From Escherichia phage VerenaGrendelmeier_Bas101: a DNA stretch of 64,000 bases. The stretch lies in the sequence record PQ850631.1. The stretch is one strand, 5' to 3'. This document shows positions 29,488 through 39,512 of this stretch, in pieces. Numbering within the stretch: the stretch's first letter is position 1; every line of letters begins with the position of its first letter. The notes under the pieces are model-generated. The model was not told the origin of the DNA, ran no database searches, and saw nothing but the letters and a program-made list of their open reading frames with translations. The translations under genes were made by a program, and so were the position numbers.

Positions 29488-30465
29488 TTAAAAATACTCC
29501 ATATCGGTAATATCACGGAAGCATTTATACAAAGCAGAGCGCGGCACATCGACAATGCCAAAGTTAAAGAATTTATATGTAAGATACTTGTTGCGATAAT
29601 TCTCGCGATTCTCCCAAAGCATTTTTCTCTCTGCCATAGGCATTGAACCAGCGGAGACGCGGAAAGGAATCATTTCGCCTTTCTCATCAACATATTTTGG
29701 ATTGACGACTACGAATGAGCCAAGGTATCCTTTTGCGACTAATCCTTCAGCCTCTTTTGAACGCTTAGTGCGACCCAACTCATCAATGAATGCTTCGTTG
29801 TTGTTCTCCATCATCTCAACGAAGTCTATGATCAGTCCTTCTTCATCGGTCCACGGCTTGTCCTTCCACACATCACGTGACTTTGGCGTCGCGCGGCCAT
29901 GCTTGTATTTACCCGTCCAAGACTTGCCATACAAGCCTTCATAGCCAAGCTGGTCTGCTTCGATTTGCATTGCCGCGTACTGCTCCATATTTTCGATGTT
30001 GCGATATTCGAGAGCGCGAAGGAATGGGCGTCGACCATGGTTGATGAGGTGCTGATTGACTTCAGCAACTCTAGCGCGATAGTTTGCATAACGCTTTTCA
30101 AAAGGCAAATCAGGGTCGCTGAAATCATCAAACACCCACCATGTAAAGTTAGTGATTGCATCAGTATTCATGCATGCAGTATAGGCCTGTTGCATGACGT
30201 TCTTATCATTTGGATTGCCGTCGATTAGCTCTCCATCAAGTCCGTGAATTAATTCACCCAAGAAGAGGAACTCTTTTTTGATTTGAATGTTTCGCAGTGC
30301 CATGCCGGACGTGCCCATTGGCAAGTTGTCATACGCCATTGCGCGTATGCCATCGACCTTGAATGACAATCCGCAAGGCAGCGGCACGTCTTCGCCGCGC
30401 TCGATTATTTGCTTACGCTGGCAACCCTTCATTGGTTTTAATGCTTTGATTTCTCCTGCCATCAC
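29488..30465 (-). CDS. ATP-dependent DNA ligase
   Basis: 325 aa; nucleotidyltransferase motif I KVDGIRA. Confidence 0.65.
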   Translation of the reverse strand: MMAGEIKALKPMKGCQRKQIIERGEDVPLPCGLSFKVDGIRAMAYDNLPMGTSGMALRNIQIKKEFLFLGELIHGLDGELIDGNPNDKNVMQQAYTACMNTDAITNFTWWVFDDFSDPDLPFEKRYANYRARVAEVNQHLINHGRRPFLRALEYRNIENMEQYAAMQIEADQLGYEGLYGKSWTGKYKHGRATPKSRDVWKDKPWTDEEGLIIDFVEMMENNNEAFIDELGRTKRSKEAEGLVAKGYLGSFVVVNPKYVDEKGEMIPFRVSAGSMPMAERKMLWENRENYRNKYLTYKFFNFGIVDVPRSALYKCFRDITDMEYF

Positions 30466-31055
30466 TCAAACTCCTTATTCATCACTTGTTCCAGCGCATA
30501 GGCGTAAGCCTGATCAGTCGATTTGATGAATGTGCCGTTGTACATGACACCTTTTCGGTCTTTAATGTCTTCGTAGGCCGCTTGCGCACAGTCGGATAAG
30601 CGAAGGCCATAATCATGAGCTACGCCGGAAAGGTAATCGGATGCGGCCATGATGGTCACGTCAATATCCATGGTCTGATTCTTAGCGATTGCATCACCAA
30701 GTCGTCCAAGGGTCTTTGCCAGGCGAAGGATAAATGAATGAGGGTGAGCACCTTTATCAGCGCAACCGCCGCCATTAATGTTTTCGATTTCAGTACCGTT
30801 TTGCGCTGCCAGGATGGTCAACACAACAAGGCAATCGCCGATGTCGTCCTTAATTGCTGCCTGCAAGTCACAGATGGCTTGCTCTGTATATCCAATTTCA
30901 GGGTCGAAGAACACAAGGTCATGGAGTTGATCAACGTGGTCGGTTAACTCCCCGAACTCGCTGATAAGCTTCGGGTATTGGTCCTTAAGGTCGCAACCTT
31001 GGATGATGTTACGGTCAGAAGCCCACTGGCGAATGTTTGCATAAATCTGTTTCAT
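30462..31055 (-). CDS. MazG-like nucleoside triphosphate pyrophosphohydrolase
   Basis: 197 aa; ISEFGELTDHV and DDIGDCLVVLTILA resemble MazG-type motifs. Confidence 0.45.
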   Translation of the reverse strand: MKQIYANIRQWASDRNIIQGCDLKDQYPKLISEFGELTDHVDQLHDLVFFDPEIGYTEQAICDLQAAIKDDIGDCLVVLTILAAQNGTEIENINGGGCADKGAHPHSFILRLAKTLGRLGDAIAKNQTMDIDVTIMAASDYLSGVAHDYGLRLSDCAQAAYEDIKDRKGVMYNGTFIKSTDQAYAYALEQVMNKEFE

Positions 31056-31570
31056 TTATTTTCCTTTGATGCATTGAATTGATCGATTTTTATTTTAGCC
31101 TGATTATAAGTATCAATCAAGCTATTAACTTTCTCTTTTAATCGATTTGTTTCTGCGGCGAACTGAACAAGAAAACTGACATCTTCTTCTGATAGTCCAC
31201 AGTTTCCTTCTGGGATAGAGAGGCGTCCAGTGGTCGCAGAGTCGGGCATACTCCTGAGTAACTCACGGGAGCAGCTGAGTTGCGCGCGCAACTTGATATT
31301 CCCAGACTTGTAACGAGCAATAGTGTCATCAGCAACCAGTTGCGCTTCCTGGCGACCCTTCTCATATGCCGATGCCGATTCAACCTGTAAAGATGCAATT
31401 TGCTCTTCGAGTGCATTTATCTTGTCCTTACGCTCATTAAGCGATGTCAGATATTGATTATCCTTGACCAGTGATGCGTTGGTTTGCTGCAGGTCTTCAA
31501 CGTATGATCCAGCGGCAAACGCGCCAACAAGGGCCAGAATCTTCAGGAGCGGTACAATTCTTTCTATCAT
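31052..31570 (-). CDS. i-spanin (Rz-like)
   Basis: 172 aa; N-terminal TM helix IVPLLKILALVGAFAAGSYV then long coiled-coil-like region; contains embedded +1-frame lipoprotein ORF. Confidence 0.45.
   Translation of the reverse strand: MIERIVPLLKILALVGAFAAGSYVEDLQQTNASLVKDNQYLTSLNERKDKINALEEQIASLQVESASAYEKGRQEAQLVADDTIARYKSGNIKLRAQLSCSRELLRSMPDSATTGRLSIPEGNCGLSEEDVSFLVQFAAETNRLKEKVNSLIDTYNQAKIKIDQFNASKENK
31138..31365 (-). CDS. o-spanin (Rz1-like), embedded in i-spanin gene
   Basis: alternative-frame ORF with lipoprotein signal and lipobox LLMTLLLVTSLGISSC, then short Pro-containing mature part; start codon uncertain. Confidence 0.35.
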   Translation of the reverse strand: MRRVARKRNWLLMTLLLVTSLGISSCARNSAAPVSYSGVCPTLRPLDASLSQKETVDYQKKMSVFLFSSPQKQID

Positions 31571-31627
31571 GATGCACCAGATAAATAAAAGGCCGCCAAT
31601 CGGCAGCCTTGTTGATTTGATTGTCGA

Positions 31628-32488
31628 TTAAAACTCTTCTGCGTCGGTCGGAGTTTCATTGACAGGACCAGCGGCACCGCTTGCTTCTTCCTGCTTGCTG
31701 CGGTCAATGTTAACGTTGCCGCCAACTACGTCATTGTGGAATGCCTTGGCGACTTCGTACAGACCTTTATCCTGCACCAGACCTTCCAGCTCAAACTTAA
31801 GAACTGACCAGGTGTTGCCGTCTTTGGACTGAGATGCAGTGCCCATGCGAACAATGTTCATAAAGGTCGGCGGCGTTTTCAGACCCTGCGGAGTCTGAAC
31901 TTTCTTCTGCTGCAGAGCGGTCATCAGCATGCGAGACGGCTTGATCATGGAAGAAGTCAGAGACAGCATTGCGCTACCAAATTCACCAGTTTCTTCGTTC
32001 AACAGAATTACGAAGTGGTTGCGTGTATCTGCGTAGTAAGGCGATTTCTTCTCGTGCACCTTGCCGTTTTCGTCCGGCACGAATACCTTACCGTTGATCT
32101 CAACAGCGCGGCCTGCCGCGACTTCTGCATCAACGTGCTCTTTGGTGAATTCACCTTTAAAGCCTTTATCATCGGACTCGCGACCGCCCCAAAGGATGAA
32201 GGTGCGTTTGAATGCGCAAGGGATGATCTGCACGCCTTTCTTGCCGTCATACAACTCACCAGTAACGGTGTTGTAAAGCATGCCAGCTTTTGCGCCAGGA
32301 ACGTGTTTTGGATCATCTTCGTCGACCATAGGAGACATCTTCTGCAGTACGACGATAAAAGGAATGGCATACGCATCGGCATCGGCACCTTCAAAACCAG
32401 CGCCAAAATCGGTCATGTCGACAAAATCAGCCATAGCGGACATCTGGGTGTTTTTCACTGCAACTTCGGTGGTTTCTTTCTTAGACAT
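31628..32488 (-). CDS. putative ssDNA-binding protein
   Basis: 286 aa; acidic C-terminal tail ending ...TDAEEF (SSB-like hallmark); in replication module. Confidence 0.35.
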   Translation of the reverse strand: MSKKETTEVAVKNTQMSAMADFVDMTDFGAGFEGADADAYAIPFIVVLQKMSPMVDEDDPKHVPGAKAGMLYNTVTGELYDGKKGVQIIPCAFKRTFILWGGRESDDKGFKGEFTKEHVDAEVAAGRAVEINGKVFVPDENGKVHEKKSPYYADTRNHFVILLNEETGEFGSAMLSLTSSMIKPSRMLMTALQQKKVQTPQGLKTPPTFMNIVRMGTASQSKDGNTWSVLKFELEGLVQDKGLYEVAKAFHNDVVGGNVNIDRSKQEEASGAAGPVNETPTDAEEF

Positions 32489-32547
32489 TTGATATTTTCC
32501 TATAGTATCAAGTTTCGTGGCAACCTGATTTCAAGATAAAGGTTAAA

Positions 32548-33105
32548 TTACTTTTTGCTTTTAGGCAAGGTTATTTTAGCTTCTTTGTATTCAAAAACGC
32601 TAATATCTTCACTAACTGGATTGCCCGCTTCCAGCTGTTCTTTTACAAACGACTTCAGTGTAGCAGAATGAACGCCTTGTTTCAACGTGGCTTCAACACC
32701 ATCTTCACGCAGTGCGGCAACAATCTCTTGCGCCTGTTCGATTTCTTCGCGACCGAACTCAGCCGTGACGCTGGACTTGATCAAGCCGCCGTAACCGTTG
32801 TTGACAAGCCAATCGAAAACTTTTAATTCGTTTTCTTTCTTGATTGAAGCATTCACCTTGGACTCGACTTTGATTTTGGTCTTGTCCTCAAGCTTGATTT
32901 CAGACACACCAAGCTCATCCATTACGCCAGGAAGCAGAACAGTTTTGATTTCACTGATGCGCTGCTTTTGCATATCAGCTTCATCTTCAAGCTCTGTCAA
33001 AGCTTCTTGGCGTTCTGCCAGTTCAGATACTAAGCGCGCAAGGCGCTCTTGAATGCTCTCAGGAGCGACCTGCGGCAAATCATCTTCCCAATTAATATTG
33101 CTCAT
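32548..33105 (-). CDS. hypothetical acidic protein
   Basis: 185-aa ORF in replication module. Confidence 0.45.
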   Translation of the reverse strand: MSNINWEDDLPQVAPESIQERLARLVSELAERQEALTELEDEADMQKQRISEIKTVLLPGVMDELGVSEIKLEDKTKIKVESKVNASIKKENELKVFDWLVNNGYGGLIKSSVTAEFGREEIEQAQEIVAALREDGVEATLKQGVHSATLKSFVKEQLEAGNPVSEDISVFEYKEAKITLPKSKK

Positions 33106-33365
33106 ATTTTACCTTCTTGCATTAGCCCTTCAACACGGGTCATTTGATAACGTTCAGGTTTCCAAGCCGCCAAAGCCTTCTCAGCGCCTTTTAAGGTTTT
33201 ATATGCCTTGATGCCAGGCATAATAACGGTATTCACCCCAGCACCGTTGCCATAATCAAACTCTTTAACAACGCGGAACATTCCGTCAATTTCTTTGACC
33301 AAAAGACGTTTGAAAGCGATTGCGCCAGTAGCTTCATTTTTGTAACGTTCAAGGATGCGTACCAT
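33102..33365 (-). CDS. hypothetical protein
   Basis: 87-aa ORF coupled to downstream gene. Confidence 0.4.
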   Translation of the reverse strand: MVRILERYKNEATGAIAFKRLLVKEIDGMFRVVKEFDYGNGAGVNTVIMPGIKAYKTLKGAEKALAAWKPERYQMTRVEGLMQEGKI

Positions 33366-33441
33366 TTTGTATTCCTCTGTTTCGTTTCTATGAATTAATT
33401 ATGACTCATCTTCCGTGACAAGTCAAATTATTTTTTTGATA

Positions 33442-34965
33442 TTAATTCATCTTTTTGCCGTCGAGGATGTGATCAGCAAGCATAGACTTCATACTTAGTG
33501 ATCGCTGAATTTCTTCGTCGATGGTATCAACACCAATAAAATCAACATACAACACGCTTGATTTGGTGCCGATGCGGTGATTTCGGTCTTCGGATTGCTT
33601 GCGCAGCTCGTTGTCATAGTTGCAAGAATAATAGATTGCCAAGTCGGCAGCGGTAAGCGTGATTCCGATGCCTGCCGCTGCAGCGTGGCAAACCAACACC
33701 TGTGTTCCACCATTCGCGACTGTGTTCTTCTGGAAGTCATCAATTAAGAACTCGCGCTGCTCTTTGGACGTTTCACCGTTGTATACACCAGTGACCACGC
33801 CTTCAGACCCAAGCCAGTCCTTAATCTGGTTCATCTCTTCCTTAAAGATGGCCCAAACGATGAATTTGCGCTCTGGGTCGTCTTCCAGCACCCCTTCCAC
33901 ATAGTCCTTAAAGGCCGTGAATCGTGGGTTGTCTTCCATGTAGACCATCTCATCATACACCTTAACAAAGCCTGATGTCACCTGCTTCATCTTAGTGCGA
34001 GATGCGATCATCTCAAACTTAACGTTTTCTTCTTCGCCTTTGTACTCCATCAGATAGTTGTACTCATTCTTGAGTTCATCGTATACATCGCGCTGCTTAG
34101 GAGACAACTCGAAGTCGATAAACTTGTACACCTTCTCTGGAAGGTCCGGCAAGTATTCCGCTTTTGTCGCACGGAAATAGTGCGGCTCCATCAGCCGGAT
34201 AAGCTTGTCAAGGTTTTTATACATCGGTCGGCCAAACTGGTCTTTGCGCGGCACTTGCGGAATGCCATAACCGTTGCCGCCGATTTTCTTGAGAATGGCC
34301 TGCATCTCTGGGTCGTGCGCTTCAAGCAGCACTGTGAATTCAGAGTTGAATGCACGGAACGATTTGGTGCCGAGCAAGCCAGCTTCAAGGAAGTGATACT
34401 GCATGTAAATATCAGCAGGCGAGCGCGGCAGCGGCGTGCCGGAAAGTATGCGACGGGCCTTTGCCAGCCGTCCCAATTCTACAACCTTGATGGAGCGTTT
34501 GGCTGTGTTATTTTTGATACGCGTCGATTCGTCAATGATCATCAAACAGCGGTACTTCTTCAGGACAGACTCGATGTGTTGATAACCGACTGGTGTGTTG
34601 ACAGTATCGATGTTGAATGAGAAGATGCGCGCAGGCACTTCACCTTCAGGATAGTGATCAGCAAACATCTTCTCCCAAATGGCTTTACCCTTTTTAGTTT
34701 TCATCTTGTCATTTCCGCGCCAGTAATGACCAATCCATTTAATGGAAAGGTGTTCTGGTGCTTCACGACGAATCCAGTTCGAGTGGACACCGTTAGGAGC
34801 GATGACAACCATGGCATCAAATGCGCCAGCGGCGAAGTGTTTTTCAAACTCTGCCAAAGCAGTCCAGGTTTTACCAAGACCCTGTTCCATAAAATAAGCA
34901 AAGTATTTTCTGCGGCCTGCTTTATCAAGCGCCAATAATTGGTGGCGCATCCCTTGTGTTTTCAT
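33442..34965 (-). CDS. SNF2-family helicase
   Basis: 507 aa; Walker A-like GLGKT, DExx-type IIDESTRIKN and SGTPL motifs. Confidence 0.7.
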   Translation of the reverse strand: MKTQGMRHQLLALDKAGRRKYFAYFMEQGLGKTWTALAEFEKHFAAGAFDAMVVIAPNGVHSNWIRREAPEHLSIKWIGHYWRGNDKMKTKKGKAIWEKMFADHYPEGEVPARIFSFNIDTVNTPVGYQHIESVLKKYRCLMIIDESTRIKNNTAKRSIKVVELGRLAKARRILSGTPLPRSPADIYMQYHFLEAGLLGTKSFRAFNSEFTVLLEAHDPEMQAILKKIGGNGYGIPQVPRKDQFGRPMYKNLDKLIRLMEPHYFRATKAEYLPDLPEKVYKFIDFELSPKQRDVYDELKNEYNYLMEYKGEEENVKFEMIASRTKMKQVTSGFVKVYDEMVYMEDNPRFTAFKDYVEGVLEDDPERKFIVWAIFKEEMNQIKDWLGSEGVVTGVYNGETSKEQREFLIDDFQKNTVANGGTQVLVCHAAAAGIGITLTAADLAIYYSCNYDNELRKQSEDRNHRIGTKSSVLYVDFIGVDTIDEEIQRSLSMKSMLADHILDGKKMN

Positions 34966-35384
34966 GACAATTCCTCTAAATACTTGATGATGTGATGAAT
35001 AGTTCCCTTCACGATTATCTCACGTTGAACGTCTGCAATATTATAACGCTTTAATTCAATAGAAGGGTGGACTAAATAAAACATCTTCTCAGAATCAACC
35101 TTAAGCAGAACAAATGATGGGTATTTCCAATCATTCCACGAAGAAAGAAAGCTGCATTGGCCTTTCTCAAATGCATTTCTGAAAGGTGCAGTGGTGGCCC
35201 TTGCAGGCCACGATTCAAAGAACTTCATTTCAAGCCAAAAGCCGCGCCCTTTCCGGTTTGTGCCGATTACGTCCGGCACGCCATCACCAGTCATCGACTC
35301 GATTCTTTGAAGCTTCAATACCGATTCTGAATGCTTCTTCAAAGGCACGAATATGTATTTCTGCTCACGGTTATTTGTTGCCAT
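34962..35384 (-). CDS. VRR-NUC-like nuclease
   Basis: 140 aa; GVPDVIG...GFWLEMKF matches a PD-(D/E)xK pattern. Confidence 0.55.
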   Translation of the reverse strand: MATNNREQKYIFVPLKKHSESVLKLQRIESMTGDGVPDVIGTNRKGRGFWLEMKFFESWPARATTAPFRNAFEKGQCSFLSSWNDWKYPSFVLLKVDSEKMFYLVHPSIELKRYNIADVQREIIVKGTIHHIIKYLEELS

Positions 35385-38268
35385 CTGGATACACCTGTTT
35401 GATCACATCAACGATGAACATGTCAATGCCTTCAAGCTTACGACCTTTCATCAGGAAGAATGCGCCGTTCCCGACGTTTTCAGCAATGTACTTCCCGTAC
35501 TTCTGGAACTTCTCTGGACGAATCCTGAAGCGCATTGGCGAGTCGGTCGAGTCGTCTTTGCACATAAGGTCGATGAACTGAGTCTCAAGCTTGTTCCCGT
35601 ACTGGTCAAACTCTGCGTAGCGGCCATCAGCTTGAAGACCCTTTTTAAGCTTTCCGTGCTTTGTATAAATGCCGCGCTCAAGACGTTTACGGATGCGTGT
35701 TGCTTCGTTCTCGTCTGCAAGCACTTTCTTTGTCAACTTGCCGATTACTATTGCGCGCTCGTCATCACCGACTTCCTTCATCTGGCGTATTGAAGCACCG
35801 GAAGTAACGCCAATCAGATAGGGGTCATTATACGCCCAGCCGAACTTGGTGTGCATCTCTGTAAGGTCGCCGTATTTAACTTCAGCATTGGCCAATGCAC
35901 CCTTTTGCTTTTGCGTTAAGGTTCCGGCTTCACGTGCTTCGATATACTTCATCGCCTTCACCATTCCGTACCCTTTCGCGTTCATGATGCCGCCGATTAG
36001 CTTTCCGTTCGCGATGGTCCAGTTCATCGAAGAGTGATCAGGGTCGATTGGAACGTAATCCACGCCTTCCTTCGCAAGTTCACGTAATATCGCAATCGTC
36101 TGGTCTTCGTCCTTAGCAGCGCGTAAGCAGGCAGCGGCAAATTCCAACGGGTAGTGTCGCTTAAGCCACAAGGTCCAGTAGGTCACGACCGCGTATGACA
36201 CGGAGTGTGACTTGTTAAAGCCCCATGACCCGAACGTAGCCATCGCTTGCCAAAGCTTTCTTGCATCCGCTTCCGGTACGCCGTTATTGATTGCGCCTGC
36301 AACAAAGTCCTCGCCAAGCTTGTTAAAGTATTCTTCACCCTTACGGCCTGACATCGCCTTACGTACAGCGGACGTTTTCGCCCAGTCAAATGAACCAATC
36401 TCTTTAACAACGGCCATGATTTGCTCTTGGTAAAGAAACACGCCGTAAGTCTCTTTTAAGTATGGCTCAAGCTGCGGCACGTCGTATTCAATCGGCGCAC
36501 GCCCTGCCGCGCGTTCAATGTATTTCTGGGCCATACCGGATGACAACGGGCCAGGTCGACCCAAAGCTGTCAGGTTGTCGATTTTGTTAAAGTTATCGAC
36601 GTGAACAAAGTTTGTTACTGAACGTACAGCATCACCTTCAAACTGGAAGATGCCTGACATCTTGTTTTCGTTAAGAATGTCAAGGACGCTTTGATCATCA
36701 AGCTTGATTCCGTAGAGCGTTTCAGCATCAATAACGCCTGTATCAGAAATAATGCCGAGAGTACGAAGGCCCAACGCATCAAGCTTCAAAAGGTTAAGGT
36801 ATTCGCTGTCAGGCTTATCGATTTGCGCAATCCCTTCTGCAGTTACAGTACAGTAATCAGAGATTGGGTCATTACACACAATGATTCCCGCTGCGTGAAC
36901 ACCTGTGTGAGACGGGTGAATCTCAAGGTCACCCATGCAACGCGCGGCGTCAGGATATTTCGCCACGAACTCTTGACCCGTGGTCGTTGTTGCAAAGGTA
37001 TCCTCCAGGCCGTGACCATAACGGGCGTCACCGGATGAGTATTCAAGCAGTGCGTTTTTAATGTTGGCCGTTTCGTGGTATCCAATGTTGAACTTCTTAC
37101 CAACCTGCGCCATTACTGAGTTGGCCTTAAGCGTGTTGATGTTGCCAAGCTTTGCAACGTTCATTTCGCCGTATTTCTCTTTAAGATAATCAAACACCAT
37201 ATAGCGTTTGGTATCTTCAAAGTCGATGTCGATGTCAGGAAGGTCGGCGCGGCTTACGTCGATGAATCGGGCAAACAGTAGCTTATACGGGATTGGGTCC
37301 ACTTCCGTGATGCCGAGGCAATAGCAAACAAGTGAACCAGCCGATGAGCCGCGCGCAGGACCGACGAGCATTTTTGTTTTTGCGAATCGCACAAGGTCCG
37401 CTACCACCAGAAAGTATGAGTCGAAATCTTTCAGCTGAATCTGGTGAATCTCTTCGTTGAAGCGGTCCTCATATTCCTGAGTCCATTCTTTGATGTGACC
37501 TGCTTTTAGACGGTACTCCATCCCCTCACGAGCAAGCTTTACCATGTCACCAGCAAGGTGAATAATCGGTGCCTTACGCAATTTCAAGTCAAGTCCGACT
37601 ATGCCGTTTGCTATGTCAACAGCATTGGCCGTTGCCTGATCAAGTTCATCTTCAGTCAAGATGCCTTTAAGCTGTTTGCGCAAGTCTTCCGCGTCAACGA
37701 TGCAATGCGGCTTGACCGTGTCGCGCACTTCCCAAGCATAAGCAAAGTCAACGTGCTCAGGTGAAGGCATGTGGTTGTATCCGGTTAAAACCAGCGGCCT
37801 TCCACCGCTACGATGAGCCAATGCCTGGCGCTTTGCCAAAAGGAACGATGATGGGTTGACGTCTATATAGTCGTAGTCCTCTGGCCGCAGCAACTCCACG
37901 GCACCGCCACAGAATTTAACGACGCCATCGAGCGCACCGAACTCTGCACGGGTAAGCCCACCGCGCTGCGTTGAAAGTGTTGTAGCATTGTAAAAAGATT
38001 TTAAGTCAAGGGCCAATATCCAAGCCTTCGGTTTGAATCCCTTTTTAGGGTCCGCATCAGGGTCGATGATTGGAATCTCCATCCCAAACATAGGCTTAAT
38101 ATCATTTTTCTGGCATTCCTTTTCCCAGCGAACGTGACCCCATGTGTTGTTATCAACTAATGCCGCGACTTCGCAGCCCAACTCTTTGAGCCGTGCTATA
38201 ATTTCAGGATGCCGTCCATAAACTTCTTTGAACGTGTAACCGCTGCGAACTCTCAATTGTGGAAACAT
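35371..38268 (-). CDS. DNA polymerase III alpha-like replicative polymerase
   Basis: 965 aa; N-terminal PHP-like region, overall DnaE-like. Confidence 0.7.
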   Translation of the reverse strand: MFPQLRVRSGYTFKEVYGRHPEIIARLKELGCEVAALVDNNTWGHVRWEKECQKNDIKPMFGMEIPIIDPDADPKKGFKPKAWILALDLKSFYNATTLSTQRGGLTRAEFGALDGVVKFCGGAVELLRPEDYDYIDVNPSSFLLAKRQALAHRSGGRPLVLTGYNHMPSPEHVDFAYAWEVRDTVKPHCIVDAEDLRKQLKGILTEDELDQATANAVDIANGIVGLDLKLRKAPIIHLAGDMVKLAREGMEYRLKAGHIKEWTQEYEDRFNEEIHQIQLKDFDSYFLVVADLVRFAKTKMLVGPARGSSAGSLVCYCLGITEVDPIPYKLLFARFIDVSRADLPDIDIDFEDTKRYMVFDYLKEKYGEMNVAKLGNINTLKANSVMAQVGKKFNIGYHETANIKNALLEYSSGDARYGHGLEDTFATTTTGQEFVAKYPDAARCMGDLEIHPSHTGVHAAGIIVCNDPISDYCTVTAEGIAQIDKPDSEYLNLLKLDALGLRTLGIISDTGVIDAETLYGIKLDDQSVLDILNENKMSGIFQFEGDAVRSVTNFVHVDNFNKIDNLTALGRPGPLSSGMAQKYIERAAGRAPIEYDVPQLEPYLKETYGVFLYQEQIMAVVKEIGSFDWAKTSAVRKAMSGRKGEEYFNKLGEDFVAGAINNGVPEADARKLWQAMATFGSWGFNKSHSVSYAVVTYWTLWLKRHYPLEFAAACLRAAKDEDQTIAILRELAKEGVDYVPIDPDHSSMNWTIANGKLIGGIMNAKGYGMVKAMKYIEAREAGTLTQKQKGALANAEVKYGDLTEMHTKFGWAYNDPYLIGVTSGASIRQMKEVGDDERAIVIGKLTKKVLADENEATRIRKRLERGIYTKHGKLKKGLQADGRYAEFDQYGNKLETQFIDLMCKDDSTDSPMRFRIRPEKFQKYGKYIAENVGNGAFFLMKGRKLEGIDMFIVDVIKQVYPDGNK

Positions 38269-38810
38269 TATTTACTCCAGATGTCATATACGCCAATTTG
38301 TTGGCAGACTTTGTGCAGTAATATTACGTCGTCTAATGCACGGTGTTTCTGTTCATATTTTCCGAAATATAATTCATACAGCTCTTGAAGCTTAACTCTT
38401 CGGCCAAAAATAGGCAAGGTTTGCTCAACTGTACAAATGTTTATTTCTGGAAAATTAACATCATCAAGCGTAAGTCCTTCGCGCTGTAGTGCATAATCAA
38501 GAATGTTTTTATCGAACGCATGGTTGTGCGCGATAGTGGCATCCGTCTTCTTGAAGATTTCTTTTAGCTGCGGGACAAAATTGATGAATGGTGGATTGCA
38601 CTCAAGGTCTTCATTTGTTAATCCGGTAATCTTTGTGATAATTTCTTCAATCACGATTTCAGGATTAATTATGAATTCAAACGTTTCAAGAATCTCTTTG
38701 CCGTCTGTCAACAGACCTGCAAATTCAATAGGGCGCGGCTGCATCCCAAGCGGCGCTTTCGGGTGCACGGTCAATCCGGTTGTTTCGAAGTCATAAGGGA
38801 GAAATAACAC
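38268..38810 (-). CDS. DnaQ-like 3'-5' exonuclease
   Basis: 180 aa; FDFETTG, HNHAFD and HRALDD motifs of DEDDh exonucleases; coupled to polymerase gene. Confidence 0.7.
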   Translation of the reverse strand: MLFLPYDFETTGLTVHPKAPLGMQPRPIEFAGLLTDGKEILETFEFIINPEIVIEEIITKITGLTNEDLECNPPFINFVPQLKEIFKKTDATIAHNHAFDKNILDYALQREGLTLDDVNFPEINICTVEQTLPIFGRRVKLQELYELYFGKYEQKHRALDDVILLHKVCQQIGVYDIWSK

Positions 38811-38864
38811 ATTAGCCTCCTACAAAAAGGCCGCCCATTAGGACGGCCACATATTCACGATTTG

Positions 38865-39416
38865 TTATACAGTGTACGGAGTACCGTCTTGATTCAACCG
38901 CACGATGAACTTAAGGTCAACACCAATGATTTCACGCGTATCAAAGATCACATAGTTGTAACGACGCTGACCAGCAATGTTTGGGTTGGTGTGAGAGTCG
39001 GTCACAACTTCCTGTGCAACCTGAATGCCTTCTTCGCTAAAGAACTTACGCCATTCAGCAAGTTCAGCGGCAGTCACGTGCATGCCAAGGTGGCTGACCT
39101 GATTGTCATGCGCATCGATATATTCGATGTTTTCGTTAATCCAGTTGCAGCCCATTGTGTAGTCAAGGATTTCAAGCTCAAGAGGCTTACCAGCGCCGCC
39201 ATCAGTACCGTTGCCAGCCTGATAGTTGAAGCGCAAGTCAGCTTCATTGGTACAATCGTCGCGACGACCTTTAAAGTCATCAGCTTCAAATACGCGACCA
39301 GTAGCAACAACATGATCATGGAACCATTCTGTCAGGCCGATTTTAGCCAAGAAATCCTGTGCGCGCTGAGCATCTGGAATTGACAGGGCGATTTGTTCAA
39401 TTTTAAAATGTGGCAT
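38865..39416 (-). CDS. VOC/glyoxalase-like fold protein
   Basis: 183 aa; N-terminal FKIEQIALSIPDAQRAQDFLAKIGL pattern and HLGMHV. Confidence 0.35.
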   Translation of the reverse strand: MPHFKIEQIALSIPDAQRAQDFLAKIGLTEWFHDHVVATGRVFEADDFKGRRDDCTNEADLRFNYQAGNGTDGGAGKPLELEILDYTMGCNWINENIEYIDAHDNQVSHLGMHVTAAELAEWRKFFSEEGIQVAQEVVTDSHTNPNIAGQRRYNYVIFDTREIIGVDLKFIVRLNQDGTPYTV

Positions 39417-39512
39417 TTTGTTTCCTTAATTAAATATTATTGATTAATTACTGTGTTGTCTTCGTCCTGTTTCTTTTCAGGAGCGGGTGTGACAACTTCA
39501 AATGTTCGTGAT

